This document shows, piece by piece, positions 18,963 to 28,262 of a stretch of 64,000 nt of DNA. Each line of letters starts with the position of its first letter. The first letter of the stretch is position 1. Under the pieces are notes generated by a model. That model was not told the origin of the DNA and did no database searches. It saw nothing but the letters and a program-made list of their open reading frames with translations. The translations under genes and the position numbers were made by a program. This DNA is from a virus: the IMG/VR virus record IMGVR_UViG_2140918012_000003; one strand, written 5' to 3'.

Positions 18963-19492
18963 CCGGGCTCGATGTCGTAATGCTGTTGGTTGGAAGTGCC
19001 GCCGTTGTGTTTCTGGCGCAACGCGGCCTCCGGTTCTATATAGCCAGAGCAGTGCTAAAGAAAGCTACTGAAGTAGCAGAGGCCGCTAAGAAAGAGGCCG
19101 CTAAGAAAGCAAGTAGTGCAGAAGCGGCTAGTAGTGGCCCTATAAATGTGTTTGGTGGGAAGGTGCTACCACTACCGACTGCTTTAGGGTGGCGAATAGA
19201 GGAGGATGGCTGTTACATAGGGCAGATGCATGTTACAAAAACCAATGACGGTGCTTGTTGCATAGTGTGGCCTAAAGGATGGCGGACACCCGATTCGCCT
19301 TCAGTGCGCAGATACGTTGAAGCTGTTTTAAATGCTTGCCTTGCTCGTGTAGCCCACGAAGCAACCGAGGGTGCGCCCGACCAAGAAATAGGCAAGATTT
19401 TGGCCGACGAAAAACTCACTGACGCTGAGAAAATCGAACAGGTCAAAGCTGTACTAGCTTGCAAGTGGCTGGTCAACGGCGAAGAGAAATGA
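18959..19492 (+). CDS. putative membrane-anchored protein
   Basis: N-terminal hydrophobic helix. Confidence 0.65.
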   Translation: MTGLDVVMLLVGSAAVVFLAQRGLRFYIARAVLKKATEVAEAAKKEAAKKASSAEAASSGPINVFGGKVLPLPTALGWRIEEDGCYIGQMHVTKTNDGACCIVWPKGWRTPDSPSVRRYVEAVLNACLARVAHEATEGAPDQEIGKILADEKLTDAEKIEQVKAVLACKWLVNGEEK

Positions 19493-19502
19493 CCTTTGTT
19501 GC

Positions 19503-19531
19503 TTGACTTTCTGCCAAAGCTGTTATACACT
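19503..19531 (+). promoter_or_regulatory. conserved phage promoter (leaderless-type)
   Basis: TTGACT-17-TACACT; ATG 6 nt downstream; near-identical to 33950 and 56332 copies. Confidence 0.75.
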
Positions 19532-19537
19532 CTCAGC

Positions 19538-20155
19538 ATGCGTACAATCCACGAAACCGAAACTGACGAACAAGTCTCGGCTGAAGACCTGAAGAGGGTC
19601 ATCGAAGCTCGTGGGCGCAAGTTGCTGATGGAGCGGCTTGCTAATGTCGAGCGCGATATTGACGCTACCTTCTCCAAGGTCATTTCCGATGTTATCTTGA
19701 ACTTGCTGGGGCTTACCAGGTCGTCGTTCGGTCGCCTTGAAGTAGACCACTGCAATGGACGGCAGACTGCGGTTGCGAATGAGATCGGGGCCTTGGTAAA
19801 GCAGCATCTTGATGCCCAAGTGCCTGGCTGGATTTCCAAGAATCTGCTTGGCGAGTCTCATTTTGTTGAGGAAATGCGCAAGGCTTTCGTCCAGGAATTC
19901 AAGGGGCGGATGGGCCATGCAATTCGTGAGGAGGCCCAGCGTGAGGCTCAAAGCATCGCCAAACTCCGAGCCAGGGAATGGGTGCGGCAGGCGATGGCGC
20001 AGGAATTCGCAGAGGCTACGCAAGCAGCAGATACCGCTACGCCTGGTACCCCTGCTGCCAAGGTTGCTGAAAAGCGCCTCAAGCTAGCTGAGCACGCCGT
20101 TGCAGCTATCACTGTGCCTGACCTTACAGGCAGCCCGGCACCTGAGATCGAGTGA
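19538..20155 (+). CDS. hypothetical helical protein
   Basis: ATG directly after promoter. Confidence 0.7.
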   Translation: MRTIHETETDEQVSAEDLKRVIEARGRKLLMERLANVERDIDATFSKVISDVILNLLGLTRSSFGRLEVDHCNGRQTAVANEIGALVKQHLDAQVPGWISKNLLGESHFVEEMRKAFVQEFKGRMGHAIREEAQREAQSIAKLRAREWVRQAMAQEFAEATQAADTATPGTPAAKVAEKRLKLAEHAVAAITVPDLTGSPAPEIE

Positions 20156-20373
20156 TGCGCATTTTCCTAGATAGCAAGAAGCGCAAGCACGGCTACCCAG
20201 CTTGCGGCCACTCCGTCAAAATCGGCGGTCTTGAGGCTAAACGTAAAGCAGCGTTCCTCAAGACTGTTGACGATCTCAGTCAAGACATGCCAGACCTGCC
20301 ACCTGCGTCCACCGACGATGACGACTGCATGATTTGTGGTTGGCCCGTGTACGACCACGTGACGTTAAATTAG
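20152..20373 (+). CDS. hypothetical protein
   Basis: 73-aa ORF, GTGA overlap. Confidence 0.55.
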   Translation: MMRIFLDSKKRKHGYPACGHSVKIGGLEAKRKAAFLKTVDDLSQDMPDLPPASTDDDDCMICGWPVYDHVTLN

Positions 20374-20376
20374 GCC

Positions 20377-20781
20377 ATGAACTACGTTAAAATCCAAGTT
20401 GAAGTGCTGGTGCCGTTCGTGACGTGCTCTTCTTGCGAAAAGAAGGGGCACCCCAAGCCTAATTTGATTGCTGATCCTACTATGCTGCGTAGCATGCAGC
20501 AACAGCAGTCGAAGACAAACCCTTCAAACCCCTTTATTCCTTTGCACCGTCTGCGTAACGTGGGGGATTTTGTTCCTGATAAATTTGAGGAACAGGTGCA
20601 ATTCAGGCAAGATATTGCGACCTGCTACTCGGCCTTGCACATAACCAATCCCATTCCTGAAGGCTGGGTGGTCTTCGATTTCAAGAGCAATGCGCCCGGC
20701 GATGAATTCAACAAAGCGGGGTACCTGTGCGGTGATTGCAGACCCAAGCAGCTAGGCGATTTGACGATGATTAAGACGTAG
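20377..20781 (+). CDS. hypothetical zinc-binding protein
   Basis: CSSC...CGDC. Confidence 0.6.
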   Translation: MNYVKIQVEVLVPFVTCSSCEKKGHPKPNLIADPTMLRSMQQQQSKTNPSNPFIPLHRLRNVGDFVPDKFEEQVQFRQDIATCYSALHITNPIPEGWVVFDFKSNAPGDEFNKAGYLCGDCRPKQLGDLTMIKT

Positions 20782-20888
20782 GAGGGGCACGTGAAGCGAC
20801 AATTTATCATAAAGCTCAATGGTGGGCATGCACTTTATATTCTCAACCCAGAACAAGTAGCTAAAGCTGATCTGCCCAAACGTCTAGC

Positions 20889-21194
20889 GTGTATCGAAAT
20901 GCCGGTGATCCTATTTATGGACCTGCTAATGGGCTATGCAGCTACCAGCGAGTTACACGAGTAGGCATCCCAGAGCATCGTGTGTATACTTACGGTAACG
21001 TGTCACCGCCGCATTATGTGTTCGATCAAGTAACGCACTATCAACTTGTTGATCTCGATGATCCTCAAGTCAAAGCTGGAATCGCGGCTCAGCTTCTATC
21101 GGAGGGCAGATACGTAGCAACGCCCGAGATTAAATTTGAATGCGACTGGATCAGGGAGCGTCAGGAAGCGGCGAAATGTGCTACTGCACTTTAG
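20889..21194 (+). CDS. IAA(F/Q)LL-motif family protein
   Basis: YQLVDLDDPQVKAGIAAQLLSEG. Confidence 0.65.
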   Translation: MYRNAGDPIYGPANGLCSYQRVTRVGIPEHRVYTYGNVSPPHYVFDQVTHYQLVDLDDPQVKAGIAAQLLSEGRYVATPEIKFECDWIRERQEAAKCATAL

Positions 21195-21532
21195 CCTACA
21201 AACGCTTGAAAGAGGGCGATACGCTGTGTGTTCCTTTGCGGAAATTAATGCTGGAGCCACCAAATGATGATGGTGAGTGGTCTGATGAAGTTTATTTTGT
21301 GCGGGTTGTTATTGAACACACGCCTACACGCATCGCCTTGCAGCGTTTTGGGTATGTTTGGCGCTGGTATTTGGAGGATGGGGTCCACTTTCAAGTAGTC
21401 GATCCAGCCGCCCCGAGCATTAAGGCGTGTATCGCGGCTCAGCTTTTAACTGGAGGCGATGCTGTAGCTAAGCCAAATATAAAGTTTGAGTGCCGTCAAA
21501 TTTCGGAGGGAGCGGACGATGATTCGTACTAA
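21176..21532 (+). CDS. IAA(F/Q)LL-motif family protein
   Basis: FQVVDPAAPSIKACIAAQLLTGG. Confidence 0.7.
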   Translation: MCYCTLAYKRLKEGDTLCVPLRKLMLEPPNDDGEWSDEVYFVRVVIEHTPTRIALQRFGYVWRWYLEDGVHFQVVDPAAPSIKACIAAQLLTGGDAVAKPNIKFECRQISEGADDDSY

Positions 21533-21989
21533 TAAATTTCAGTGTGAACGCTGCGGCGCAGGACCAACGCACGCAGAGTATGTGGATAAACAAGTTCGCT
21601 TGTGGTGTAGTAGCTGCGTGTCGTTATCCGGGCATTACGAGTACTGTCCAGAACCTTGTCTGGAATTACTGATCCAGACTGCGAAGAAGGCAGGGAAGAA
21701 TCTTTTAGGTGCTGTTTGTACTAAGTGCAGGAGACGCTTTAAGTTTGGCCAGCTTTGTGGGCACGGGTTTAACCACAACGGTGATGTGGCTTGTGCTGAT
21801 TGCTGCCCTAAGTTGGAAGCCGGGCAAGAACCTCAAATCGATCTTCAGCTACTTGAAAGGCTAATTAGCAAATTGGGTGCGGCCGAAGATGATTTTAAGG
21901 TTGCAATCGACCGGCTGGCACAAAGCCAACAGGCTGTTTTGAGTGAACTTGGAAACGTACGCACACTATTAGGAGGGAAACGAAAATGA
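21519..21989 (+). CDS. Cys-rich zinc-finger plus coiled-coil protein
   Basis: multiple CxxC motifs. Confidence 0.6.
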   Translation: MIRTNKFQCERCGAGPTHAEYVDKQVRLWCSSCVSLSGHYEYCPEPCLELLIQTAKKAGKNLLGAVCTKCRRRFKFGQLCGHGFNHNGDVACADCCPKLEAGQEPQIDLQLLERLISKLGAAEDDFKVAIDRLAQSQQAVLSELGNVRTLLGGKRK

Positions 21990-22204
21990 CCAACAAAGAC
22001 GACATCAAGCAAGCAATCCTCTCTCAACTCGGCAATGCCGAAGACAATTTGCACCGTGCCAATGCTGCCTTTCGTGGCCTCGGCACAAAAGAGCTAGCTG
22101 AGCAGCATGGAGACTCCGACCAGTCTCGTAAGCAGGTTCTTGAAGGGTACCAACAAGAAGTAGACCGTTGGAAAAGAGCGCTTGAAGCACTCAATTCGCT
22201 TTAG
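21986..22204 (+). CDS. hypothetical coiled-coil protein
   Basis: 72-aa ORF, AGGAGG upstream. Confidence 0.65.
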   Translation: MTNKDDIKQAILSQLGNAEDNLHRANAAFRGLGTKELAEQHGDSDQSRKQVLEGYQQEVDRWKRALEALNSL

Positions 22205-22258
22205 CCTGCCTGTTAAAAACCTTGACACGTAGCCAGCAGCCCTGCTAAAGCTATATCT

Positions 22259-22435
22259 ATGCCGTGTTCCAACCCCAACTGTAAGTGCAAACGCGAAGCA
22301 GCCTTGTCCGGTACCGCGCCGGTCTGTAAATGCAAGCAGCGCCAGGCGCAGCAGCAAGCTCTAGGAGCGCAGATCACGGTTGAGCCGGCCCCTAAGCCCC
22401 AAGCGGCACCTCGGGTTCAGCCACGGCGCTGGTAA
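22259..22435 (+). CDS. small protein with Cys-rich N-terminus (58 aa, not in ORF track)
   Basis: MPCSNPNCKCKREA...; TTGACA(22222)-18-TAAAGC promoter 7 nt upstream; stop overlaps next ATG. Confidence 0.55.
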   Translation: MPCSNPNCKCKREAALSGTAPVCKCKQRQAQQQALGAQITVEPAPKPQAAPRVQPRRW

Positions 22436-22842
22436 TGGGCTGGGGATCCGGCGCGATGCGTATTCCTAGGCGCAAAGCCTACGTGCGGCCGAACATCGAG
22501 GCCATGGCCAACAAACTGGCCGAGCAGATGGTCACGAAAATCTTAGAAAAGCTGCCAATGATGCAGACAGCCCAGGCGCCCAACCCCAACGCACCGGCTG
22601 ATTTGGAAGCCCTGGCTGCCAAGATGGCGTCACAAATTATGGCCAGAATGCCTGTGGCTGGAGTGCGGGCAGCATCAGATGGTGGGCCAGTGGCTATTGC
22701 TATCGACGATAAAGTGCTGGTGACTGCATCGAGCGATATCACGGGTATCGAAAAGGCAGCAAATCTTCAGGACACGAAGACCACGACAGATAGCACACTC
22801 AAGGCTTCAAAAGAGAAGCTGGCGAAGCTAAAGAAGGGTTAA
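22435..22842 (+). CDS. hypothetical protein
   Basis: 135-aa ORF with repeated MAxKxAxQ motif. Confidence 0.65.
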   Translation: MGWGSGAMRIPRRKAYVRPNIEAMANKLAEQMVTKILEKLPMMQTAQAPNPNAPADLEALAAKMASQIMARMPVAGVRAASDGGPVAIAIDDKVLVTASSDITGIEKAANLQDTKTTTDSTLKASKEKLAKLKKG

Positions 22843-22846
22843 GATC

Positions 22847-23194
22847 ATGCGTAAAAATTGGCTGGTCAACGATTTTCTAGGTCTCGGTGTGCAAGTAGCC
22901 AAGACAACACCAAGTCCTGGAAGACGGCGTTTTCGGACTATACAGCAGCAGTCTGTGCAACAGCAGATTGCGAAGCTACGGATGACCACGACCTACATCA
23001 CTCGCAAGGACTGTAACGATAGAGGTGGGCTATTTGTAACGATGACAACTGACACGCTACAAGACCCTGGCTACAAGCCAACTGTAACACCGCACGGTAC
23101 GTTGAACCCATTCTTGCAAGAAGAAGTGTGCTGTGTCGAAATGGTAGATGAAGAGGGCAACAAATCCGCTGAGTGCTCTAAGCTGACAGACTAA
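22847..23194 (+). CDS. hypothetical protein
   Basis: 115-aa ORF. Confidence 0.55.
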   Translation: MRKNWLVNDFLGLGVQVAKTTPSPGRRRFRTIQQQSVQQQIAKLRMTTTYITRKDCNDRGGLFVTMTTDTLQDPGYKPTVTPHGTLNPFLQEEVCCVEMVDEEGNKSAECSKLTD

Positions 23195-23394
23195 AAGGGG
23201 TTTGATTTTGGTCCCTTTTTCTTGGATTTCTTGATGTGCTTGAGATCGCTGGGAGGGCCAGCAAAAGGGTTCACCTTCATTTTGTCTTTGGGAGCAGTGA
23301 CTTCTGGTTTGGCAGCTTTGGTTGATGCTTCTGGCTTTTTTGATTTGGCTGTAGGTGTAAAAGCCAGAAGTAGCACCAGCAGAAAAATACGCAT
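23191..23394 (-). CDS. small Lys-rich protein with signal-peptide-like N-terminus
   Basis: MRIFLLVLLLAFTP; repeated NPF. Confidence 0.5.
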   Translation of the reverse strand: MRIFLLVLLLAFTPTAKSKKPEASTKAAKPEVTAPKDKMKVNPFAGPPSDLKHIKKSKKKGPKSNPF

Positions 23395-23475
23395 ACCCAT
23401 TACAATACACCAGTGAGCCGGTTTGTCAACATGATTCGTAAAACCAGATTGACAGTATCAATGGAGACTAAATAA

Positions 23476-24477
23476 ATGCGCGGACTCGACGTAGGTACTA
23501 GCTTCCTCATATCTGCCAAAGAGGGCAAAGGCGACACTGTAATCTTTTCGGAGATACGCGACGCCTTCTTCCGGCTCACGCCAACCTCGCCTATTTCAGC
23601 TAGCATGATCCAAAAAGGTCTAGCTGGTAAAAAGCACTTCAAAGACACAGACGGCTCCTACGTAGTGGTTGGCCAAGACGCGATCGAGAAGGCCGTGGAG
23701 CGACACCTTTCGGCTCTTAGGCCAATGCACAGGGGAATTATATCACCCAAGGAAAAAGACGCTAGGCGCATTCTCAAGTACATCATGTCGGAAGTCCTGG
23801 GGCCACCGACCGAGAAGGGCGAAAAGCTAGTTTATTGCGTGCCGGCGCAGCCCATCGATGAGGCCAGTGATGATTTCGATGTAGGCTACCATGAAGATGC
23901 CCTGAACATGGACCTGCGCTCTTTGGGTTATGAGCCAAGCTCAATCAACGAGGCAGAGGCTATCTGCTATTCGGAATTGGCCAATGATGATTACACGGGC
24001 GTTGCGCTAAGCTTCGGTGCAGGGCTCGTAAATATTGCTGTAATGAGCAGTGGTGAGGCTGTTTTGAAGTTCAGCCTGAATAAATCTGGTGACTACGTGG
24101 ACAGGATGGCTGCTACGTCTACCGGTACACCTGACTCAGTAGTCCAAATCGAAAAAGAAAATGGTGATTTCACCGTAGGGCAGGAAGTCCCAGATAGTAT
24201 CGTGCTGTCGGCTGTCTCAAGCTACTACGTGCGCCTGATAGACTACGCTGTCAAAAATCTAGCTGCTCGCCTGAATGGTCCTGATCTACCCAAATTTACG
24301 AAGCCTATCCCCATCGTCATTGCTGGTGGTACATCCAAGGCCAAGGGGTTTATCGAGCAGTTCAATAAAGCCCTGGCAGCCAACAAGCTCAGCATCCCTG
24401 TGAGTGAAGTCAGGTCTGCGACGGATCCGCTTCGGGCAGTAGCACGCGGGTGTCTTATTGCGGGATCGGTGTTGTGA
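23476..24477 (+). CDS. actin-like ATPase (MreB/FtsA/ParM fold)
   Basis: GLDVGTS phosphate-1; SFGAG phosphate-2; VIAGGTS adenosine motif; DPLRAVARG connect-2. Confidence 0.85.
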   Translation: MRGLDVGTSFLISAKEGKGDTVIFSEIRDAFFRLTPTSPISASMIQKGLAGKKHFKDTDGSYVVVGQDAIEKAVERHLSALRPMHRGIISPKEKDARRILKYIMSEVLGPPTEKGEKLVYCVPAQPIDEASDDFDVGYHEDALNMDLRSLGYEPSSINEAEAICYSELANDDYTGVALSFGAGLVNIAVMSSGEAVLKFSLNKSGDYVDRMAATSTGTPDSVVQIEKENGDFTVGQEVPDSIVLSAVSSYYVRLIDYAVKNLAARLNGPDLPKFTKPIPIVIAGGTSKAKGFIEQFNKALAANKLSIPVSEVRSATDPLRAVARGCLIAGSVL

Positions 24478-24830
24478 GTGGCGAGTATTGCGGCGGTTTT
24501 TCAACTGGCTACTGCGGTGAATTCGCAGCGGCGCTGCACGGCTTGACGGGCTACCCCATCGTGGCCTACTACGACAGTGAAGGGCGCCTTGCGCATGCTA
24601 CAGTTGCACCAAGTAAGAAGACCAGAATAGATGAACATGGTACCAGCAAAGCAGCCGACATGTTGGCGGATATCAAATCTTGGAATGCTGGGCGTGTGAC
24701 ACAGCGACAAATTACGGTTGATGAGTTGGACGCTGAATCGATGGAGGGCTTGCTGCCGGATATTGTTGAAGCTGCCAAGAACAAAATTTTGCAGAATCCA
24801 AAGAAGTACGGAATCACGAAGGCGATATGA
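24474..24830 (+). CDS. papain-fold small protein (putative)
   Basis: GYCGEFAAALHGLTGYP...AHATV...IDEHG. Confidence 0.55.
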   Translation: MSGEYCGGFSTGYCGEFAAALHGLTGYPIVAYYDSEGRLAHATVAPSKKTRIDEHGTSKAADMLADIKSWNAGRVTQRQITVDELDAESMEGLLPDIVEAAKNKILQNPKKYGITKAI

Positions 24831-25126
24831 AGCTCTACCGTACAGCTACCGCAAACAGTGTTCTTGAACCAGCCGGGTTTTGGACGCCTGACCAAAAATA
24901 TGCTCGTTATGTCCACCCTGACCGGCGACTCTATGTGGCCAGTGTGCGTAGCGGTGCTAACGTCAAGAAGTACGCTGGGTCACCAACCCGCGCTATTTTA
25001 GAGGGTGCTATTGAGGATGGTGTGGATATCGCTGTTTTTGACGCATGGGACTGGATGACAGAAGAGTTTGTTGTTCTTGACCCGGTCGTCCTTGCGAACG
25101 TGAGACCGTTAGCCGGAGCACCGTAA
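24827..25126 (+). CDS. hypothetical protein (possible ART-like fold)
   Basis: LYRT...FWTPDQKYARY pattern. Confidence 0.5.
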   Translation: MKLYRTATANSVLEPAGFWTPDQKYARYVHPDRRLYVASVRSGANVKKYAGSPTRAILEGAIEDGVDIAVFDAWDWMTEEFVVLDPVVLANVRPLAGAP

Positions 25127-25158
25127 TGCCCGCAATTAAGCACTGGATCGAACCTTCC

Positions 25159-26061
25159 ATGAAACGCTTACTATTTGCTATCCTGGCCCTCGCCGCCTGC
25201 CCGAAGCCATCAACGACACCCGATGCAGGCCCACAGACGCGCCCAGTATTTACGATCAAAAATGGGTGTGCTGAAGAAATCTGGATTCAGCAACAGGGCA
25301 TGCCTGCTGGAACACCCGCAGTTGTGAAGCTTGAACGTGGGAAGGGCACGACTTACAACATTCCCATTGCAGGTCTTGCGAGCACCCGCTTTTGGGCTAA
25401 GTGGGGCTGCGATAAAGACGGGCAAAATTGCAAGGTGGGCCAAAGCTCGCCTCCATGCCCCAAGACAGGCTGCGCGCCACCTGTTGACTCTAAAATAGAG
25501 GCCACGTGGGGTTGCGATTTGCCAGAGGCCCAGTGTGGCCGAACCCCGCAGGGCAAGACGCTCAAGGGGGCGACGTTTTGGAACGCTTCAGCCGTTGACG
25601 GCTACACGCTGCCATTCCAGATCGAAGTAGGTGCAGGTGGTGGTGCTGGATGCGAGCCAGTTAATTGCAACGAAACCTACCAGGGCCAGTGCCCGACCGA
25701 TGAGAATCTGAGTACGGACGGTAAGTACCCCGATCTCAAGAGCGTCGATTTGCATGCTTCAGATGGGTATGGGTGTTTTTCACCGTGTATGAAACTTACA
25801 ACGGCGACGAGTGCTGGTGGCAAGGGCTACCTGCCAAGTGACGCGCAGGCTCAATGGTATTGCTGTCCCACGCCGCCTATTTCAAGCCCTGCTTGTCAAA
25901 AAGGGCCTGTACCCAAGACCAAATATGTGCAAAATATCCATGCTGCTTGCCACAATACTGCGTATGGCTACGCCTACGATGATGGCCTCGGCACACGCAC
26001 CTGTACGCCGACCACGAAGATCATAATGACCTATTGCCCTCCGCAGCCAGCAGCAAAATGA
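25159..26061 (+). CDS. thaumatin-family (PR-5-like) lipoprotein
   Basis: lipobox LAAC after MKRLLFAIL; TIKNGC, RFWAKWGC, SAVDGYTLP, AYGYAYDD and many Cys. Confidence 0.82.
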   Translation: MKRLLFAILALAACPKPSTTPDAGPQTRPVFTIKNGCAEEIWIQQQGMPAGTPAVVKLERGKGTTYNIPIAGLASTRFWAKWGCDKDGQNCKVGQSSPPCPKTGCAPPVDSKIEATWGCDLPEAQCGRTPQGKTLKGATFWNASAVDGYTLPFQIEVGAGGGAGCEPVNCNETYQGQCPTDENLSTDGKYPDLKSVDLHASDGYGCFSPCMKLTTATSAGGKGYLPSDAQAQWYCCPTPPISSPACQKGPVPKTKYVQNIHAACHNTAYGYAYDDGLGTRTCTPTTKIIMTYCPPQPAAK

Positions 26062-26513
26062 AACGCCCCTGGAACAAACTCACCGTCCAGCACGGTGTGC
26101 GTCCAAAAGACGTAGACGCGCTCTACCGTCTTGAAAAGCTTGTCTACTCCAAGGACATGCTCTGGTCGAAGGCCGAATTCAAAGACACTGTTCTCAAAAA
26201 TCACACGTGGGCGGTCTGGGATCAATTTAATGAGCCTGTCGCGCTCATGGTGATCAGCATGCGCCGAGGCATCCCATATATCGACACGATTGAAGTTTCG
26301 CCCAAGCACCAGGGCCAAGGCATCGCTTCTAGCCTCATGGCTTTGGGTGAAGGTGCTTTCAGAGATCGAGGCTATGAGACCATGCGCCTTGAAGTGGCCG
26401 CCGATAATCCTGCCAAGGATATCTACGCTGCCAAGGACTACGAGGTGATAAGGCGTCGCAAGAATTACTACTCCAAAGGCCACGATGCCCTTGTGATGGA
26501 GAAGGTGTTGTAG
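26058..26513 (+). CDS. GNAT acetyltransferase (RimI-like)
   Basis: IDTIEVSPKHQGQGIAS..LEVAADNPA..Y...RRKNYY...DALVM. Confidence 0.88.
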   Translation: MKRPWNKLTVQHGVRPKDVDALYRLEKLVYSKDMLWSKAEFKDTVLKNHTWAVWDQFNEPVALMVISMRRGIPYIDTIEVSPKHQGQGIASSLMALGEGAFRDRGYETMRLEVAADNPAKDIYAAKDYEVIRRRKNYYSKGHDALVMEKVL

Positions 26514-26561
26514 ATAGAAAGAGCATAAAATCGCGCACATGGATGGTGCGCTATTTTTTAT

Positions 26562-26590
26562 TTGACAGCTAGTATCATCTTTGATAGGGT
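26562..26590 (+). promoter_or_regulatory. sigma70-like promoter
   Basis: TTGACA-17-TAGGGT; ATG 9 nt downstream. Confidence 0.55.
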
Positions 26591-26599
26591 GGTGCGAAG

Positions 26600-27133
26600 A
26601 TGCGGTGCTGCCAAGATAAACGCCGTTGCAGGTGCCGTGGTACAGGCCCTGACGGTGCTCCTGGGCCTGACGGGGCGATCAGTGGGGCGTGGATAAAACC
26701 TGGTGTCTTTCCTCCCCCTCCTCCTCCAATTTCGGGTTCTACCAATGTTTTCGATACAGTTGTTGTAGATTTTGATGCGATCCCTGCGAGCAACATCATT
26801 ATCGATTGGACTGTGCGTTGGAGTAACGGCCCCGGTGCTTCAGGCACTGTCGTGTGGGAAGTCAGGACAGGGCCTGCGCCGGCTTCCGGCCCTGACCCTG
26901 ATGCTCTGATTGTACCTCAACCTAATGTGCTTGCGACTGCACAATCTGTCCCGTTCGTGGGAACCTTCGGTTCAAATAGTAAATTTGTCTCGCACCTGAC
27001 TTTGACACCGGTAGCCAAACCAACCGGCAAGCAGTACGTACAGGTGGTCTTCATACCAACTTTTGTTGGTATAGCTGGCGTGTTCGATTCGTTTTCTACA
27101 CACCCGAGCTTTTTCACGATTTCCCCCGTCTAG
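26600..27133 (+). CDS. Cys-tagged beta-sandwich protein, paralog 1 (putative virion/surface protein)
   Basis: MRCC...CRC + short collagen-like GxP; VVVDFDAIP...VRW..SGTVVWEV..PKPTG.QYV..SFFTI. Confidence 0.7.
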   Translation: MRCCQDKRRCRCRGTGPDGAPGPDGAISGAWIKPGVFPPPPPPISGSTNVFDTVVVDFDAIPASNIIIDWTVRWSNGPGASGTVVWEVRTGPAPASGPDPDALIVPQPNVLATAQSVPFVGTFGSNSKFVSHLTLTPVAKPTGKQYVQVVFIPTFVGIAGVFDSFSTHPSFFTISPV

Positions 27134-27143
27134 AGGTACTATC

Positions 27144-27674
27144 GTGCCGCCAAGCATCAGAGATTGCAATTGCCCGCCCGGTCAACCCGGAACGTCAGGG
27201 CTAATTAGTGGTATTTGGTTCAATCCAAGTGCTGTGGCATTACAGTCTGGTGCTGGTATAGCGGTGGATCTGGATGCCGTCGTGGTGGATTTCGACGCAA
27301 TTCCAGGTGACTTGATTAAGGTAGAATTTACGGTTCGTTGGCTTTTGTCTACTTCTGCGGCTATTAGTGGTACTGTAGTATGGGAGGTTAGAACCGGACC
27401 AATCCCAGGCGGCGATGTGATTGACGCTCAGACAGCGTCTGGGCTTGATCCTGCTACTACGATTGCTGTGCAGTCCACTATCCTTGCAACAGCACCTAGC
27501 GCCATTTTTGTGCCTAATGAACAATACACCAATTACTTAACTCCAGTTGCTGTGCCTAAGCCTTTAGGGTTGCAGTACGTGCAGCTTGTGGCTACGTCAC
27601 CAACTGGTGTGCCTGGGGTGGCTGCGACCCTGAGCCCTCGTTCAAGTTTCTTCACCATCTTTCCTTCGGACTAA
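27144..27674 (+). CDS. Cys-tagged beta-sandwich protein, paralog 2
   Basis: CNCPPGQPG; same conserved blocks as 26600. Confidence 0.7.
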   Translation: MPPSIRDCNCPPGQPGTSGLISGIWFNPSAVALQSGAGIAVDLDAVVVDFDAIPGDLIKVEFTVRWLLSTSAAISGTVVWEVRTGPIPGGDVIDAQTASGLDPATTIAVQSTILATAPSAIFVPNEQYTNYLTPVAVPKPLGLQYVQLVATSPTGVPGVAATLSPRSSFFTIFPSD

Positions 27675-27676
27675 AC

Positions 27677-28207
27677 ATGGCATGCTGCAATAAACGTCCG
27701 TGTAACTGCCCGCCAGGTCCAGCAGGGCTTCCTGGTCCTAATGGTGCGGTCACCGGAGCTTGGGTTAACCCCGGATCCCTATCGCAAGGAGTAGGCATTA
27801 CGATTCGTATGGATTGGGTCGTAGTTGATTTTGATGCTATCCCCGGGAATACCGTTAAGGTGGCTTATGATGTTCGTTGGGGTCCAGGTGGCCCTTCTGG
27901 CACTGGAACAGTTGTTTGGGAGATACTTACGCAGCCAGTTCCAGCGGGTCAACTTTTTGGCGCGGACACTGCCACAGGGGACGAGGCCCCAATCCTCCCG
28001 GTGGGCACAGAGACTGTGCTTGTAACGTCACCGATTGTGCCAACAAGTCAGAACAATTTGTATATGTCGCACCTCACTCCTGCCGCTGTACCAAAGCCCA
28101 CTGGATTCCAGTATGTGATACTGGCATCGAGATTGATCACGCGAGTTGGCCCTATTTCGTACCTCCTAGGCCCGCGCCCGAGCTTCTTCACGATCTTCCC
28201 GGCCTAA
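27677..28207 (+). CDS. Cys-tagged beta-sandwich protein, paralog 3
   Basis: MACCNKRPCNCPPGPAG; same conserved blocks. Confidence 0.7.
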   Translation: MACCNKRPCNCPPGPAGLPGPNGAVTGAWVNPGSLSQGVGITIRMDWVVVDFDAIPGNTVKVAYDVRWGPGGPSGTGTVVWEILTQPVPAGQLFGADTATGDEAPILPVGTETVLVTSPIVPTSQNNLYMSHLTPAAVPKPTGFQYVILASRLITRVGPISYLLGPRPSFFTIFPA

Positions 28208-28262
28208 ACCTGCTTTTTCTTGACAAGAAATATCGCTAGCTGCTAGTCTTCCTAAACTAGCA

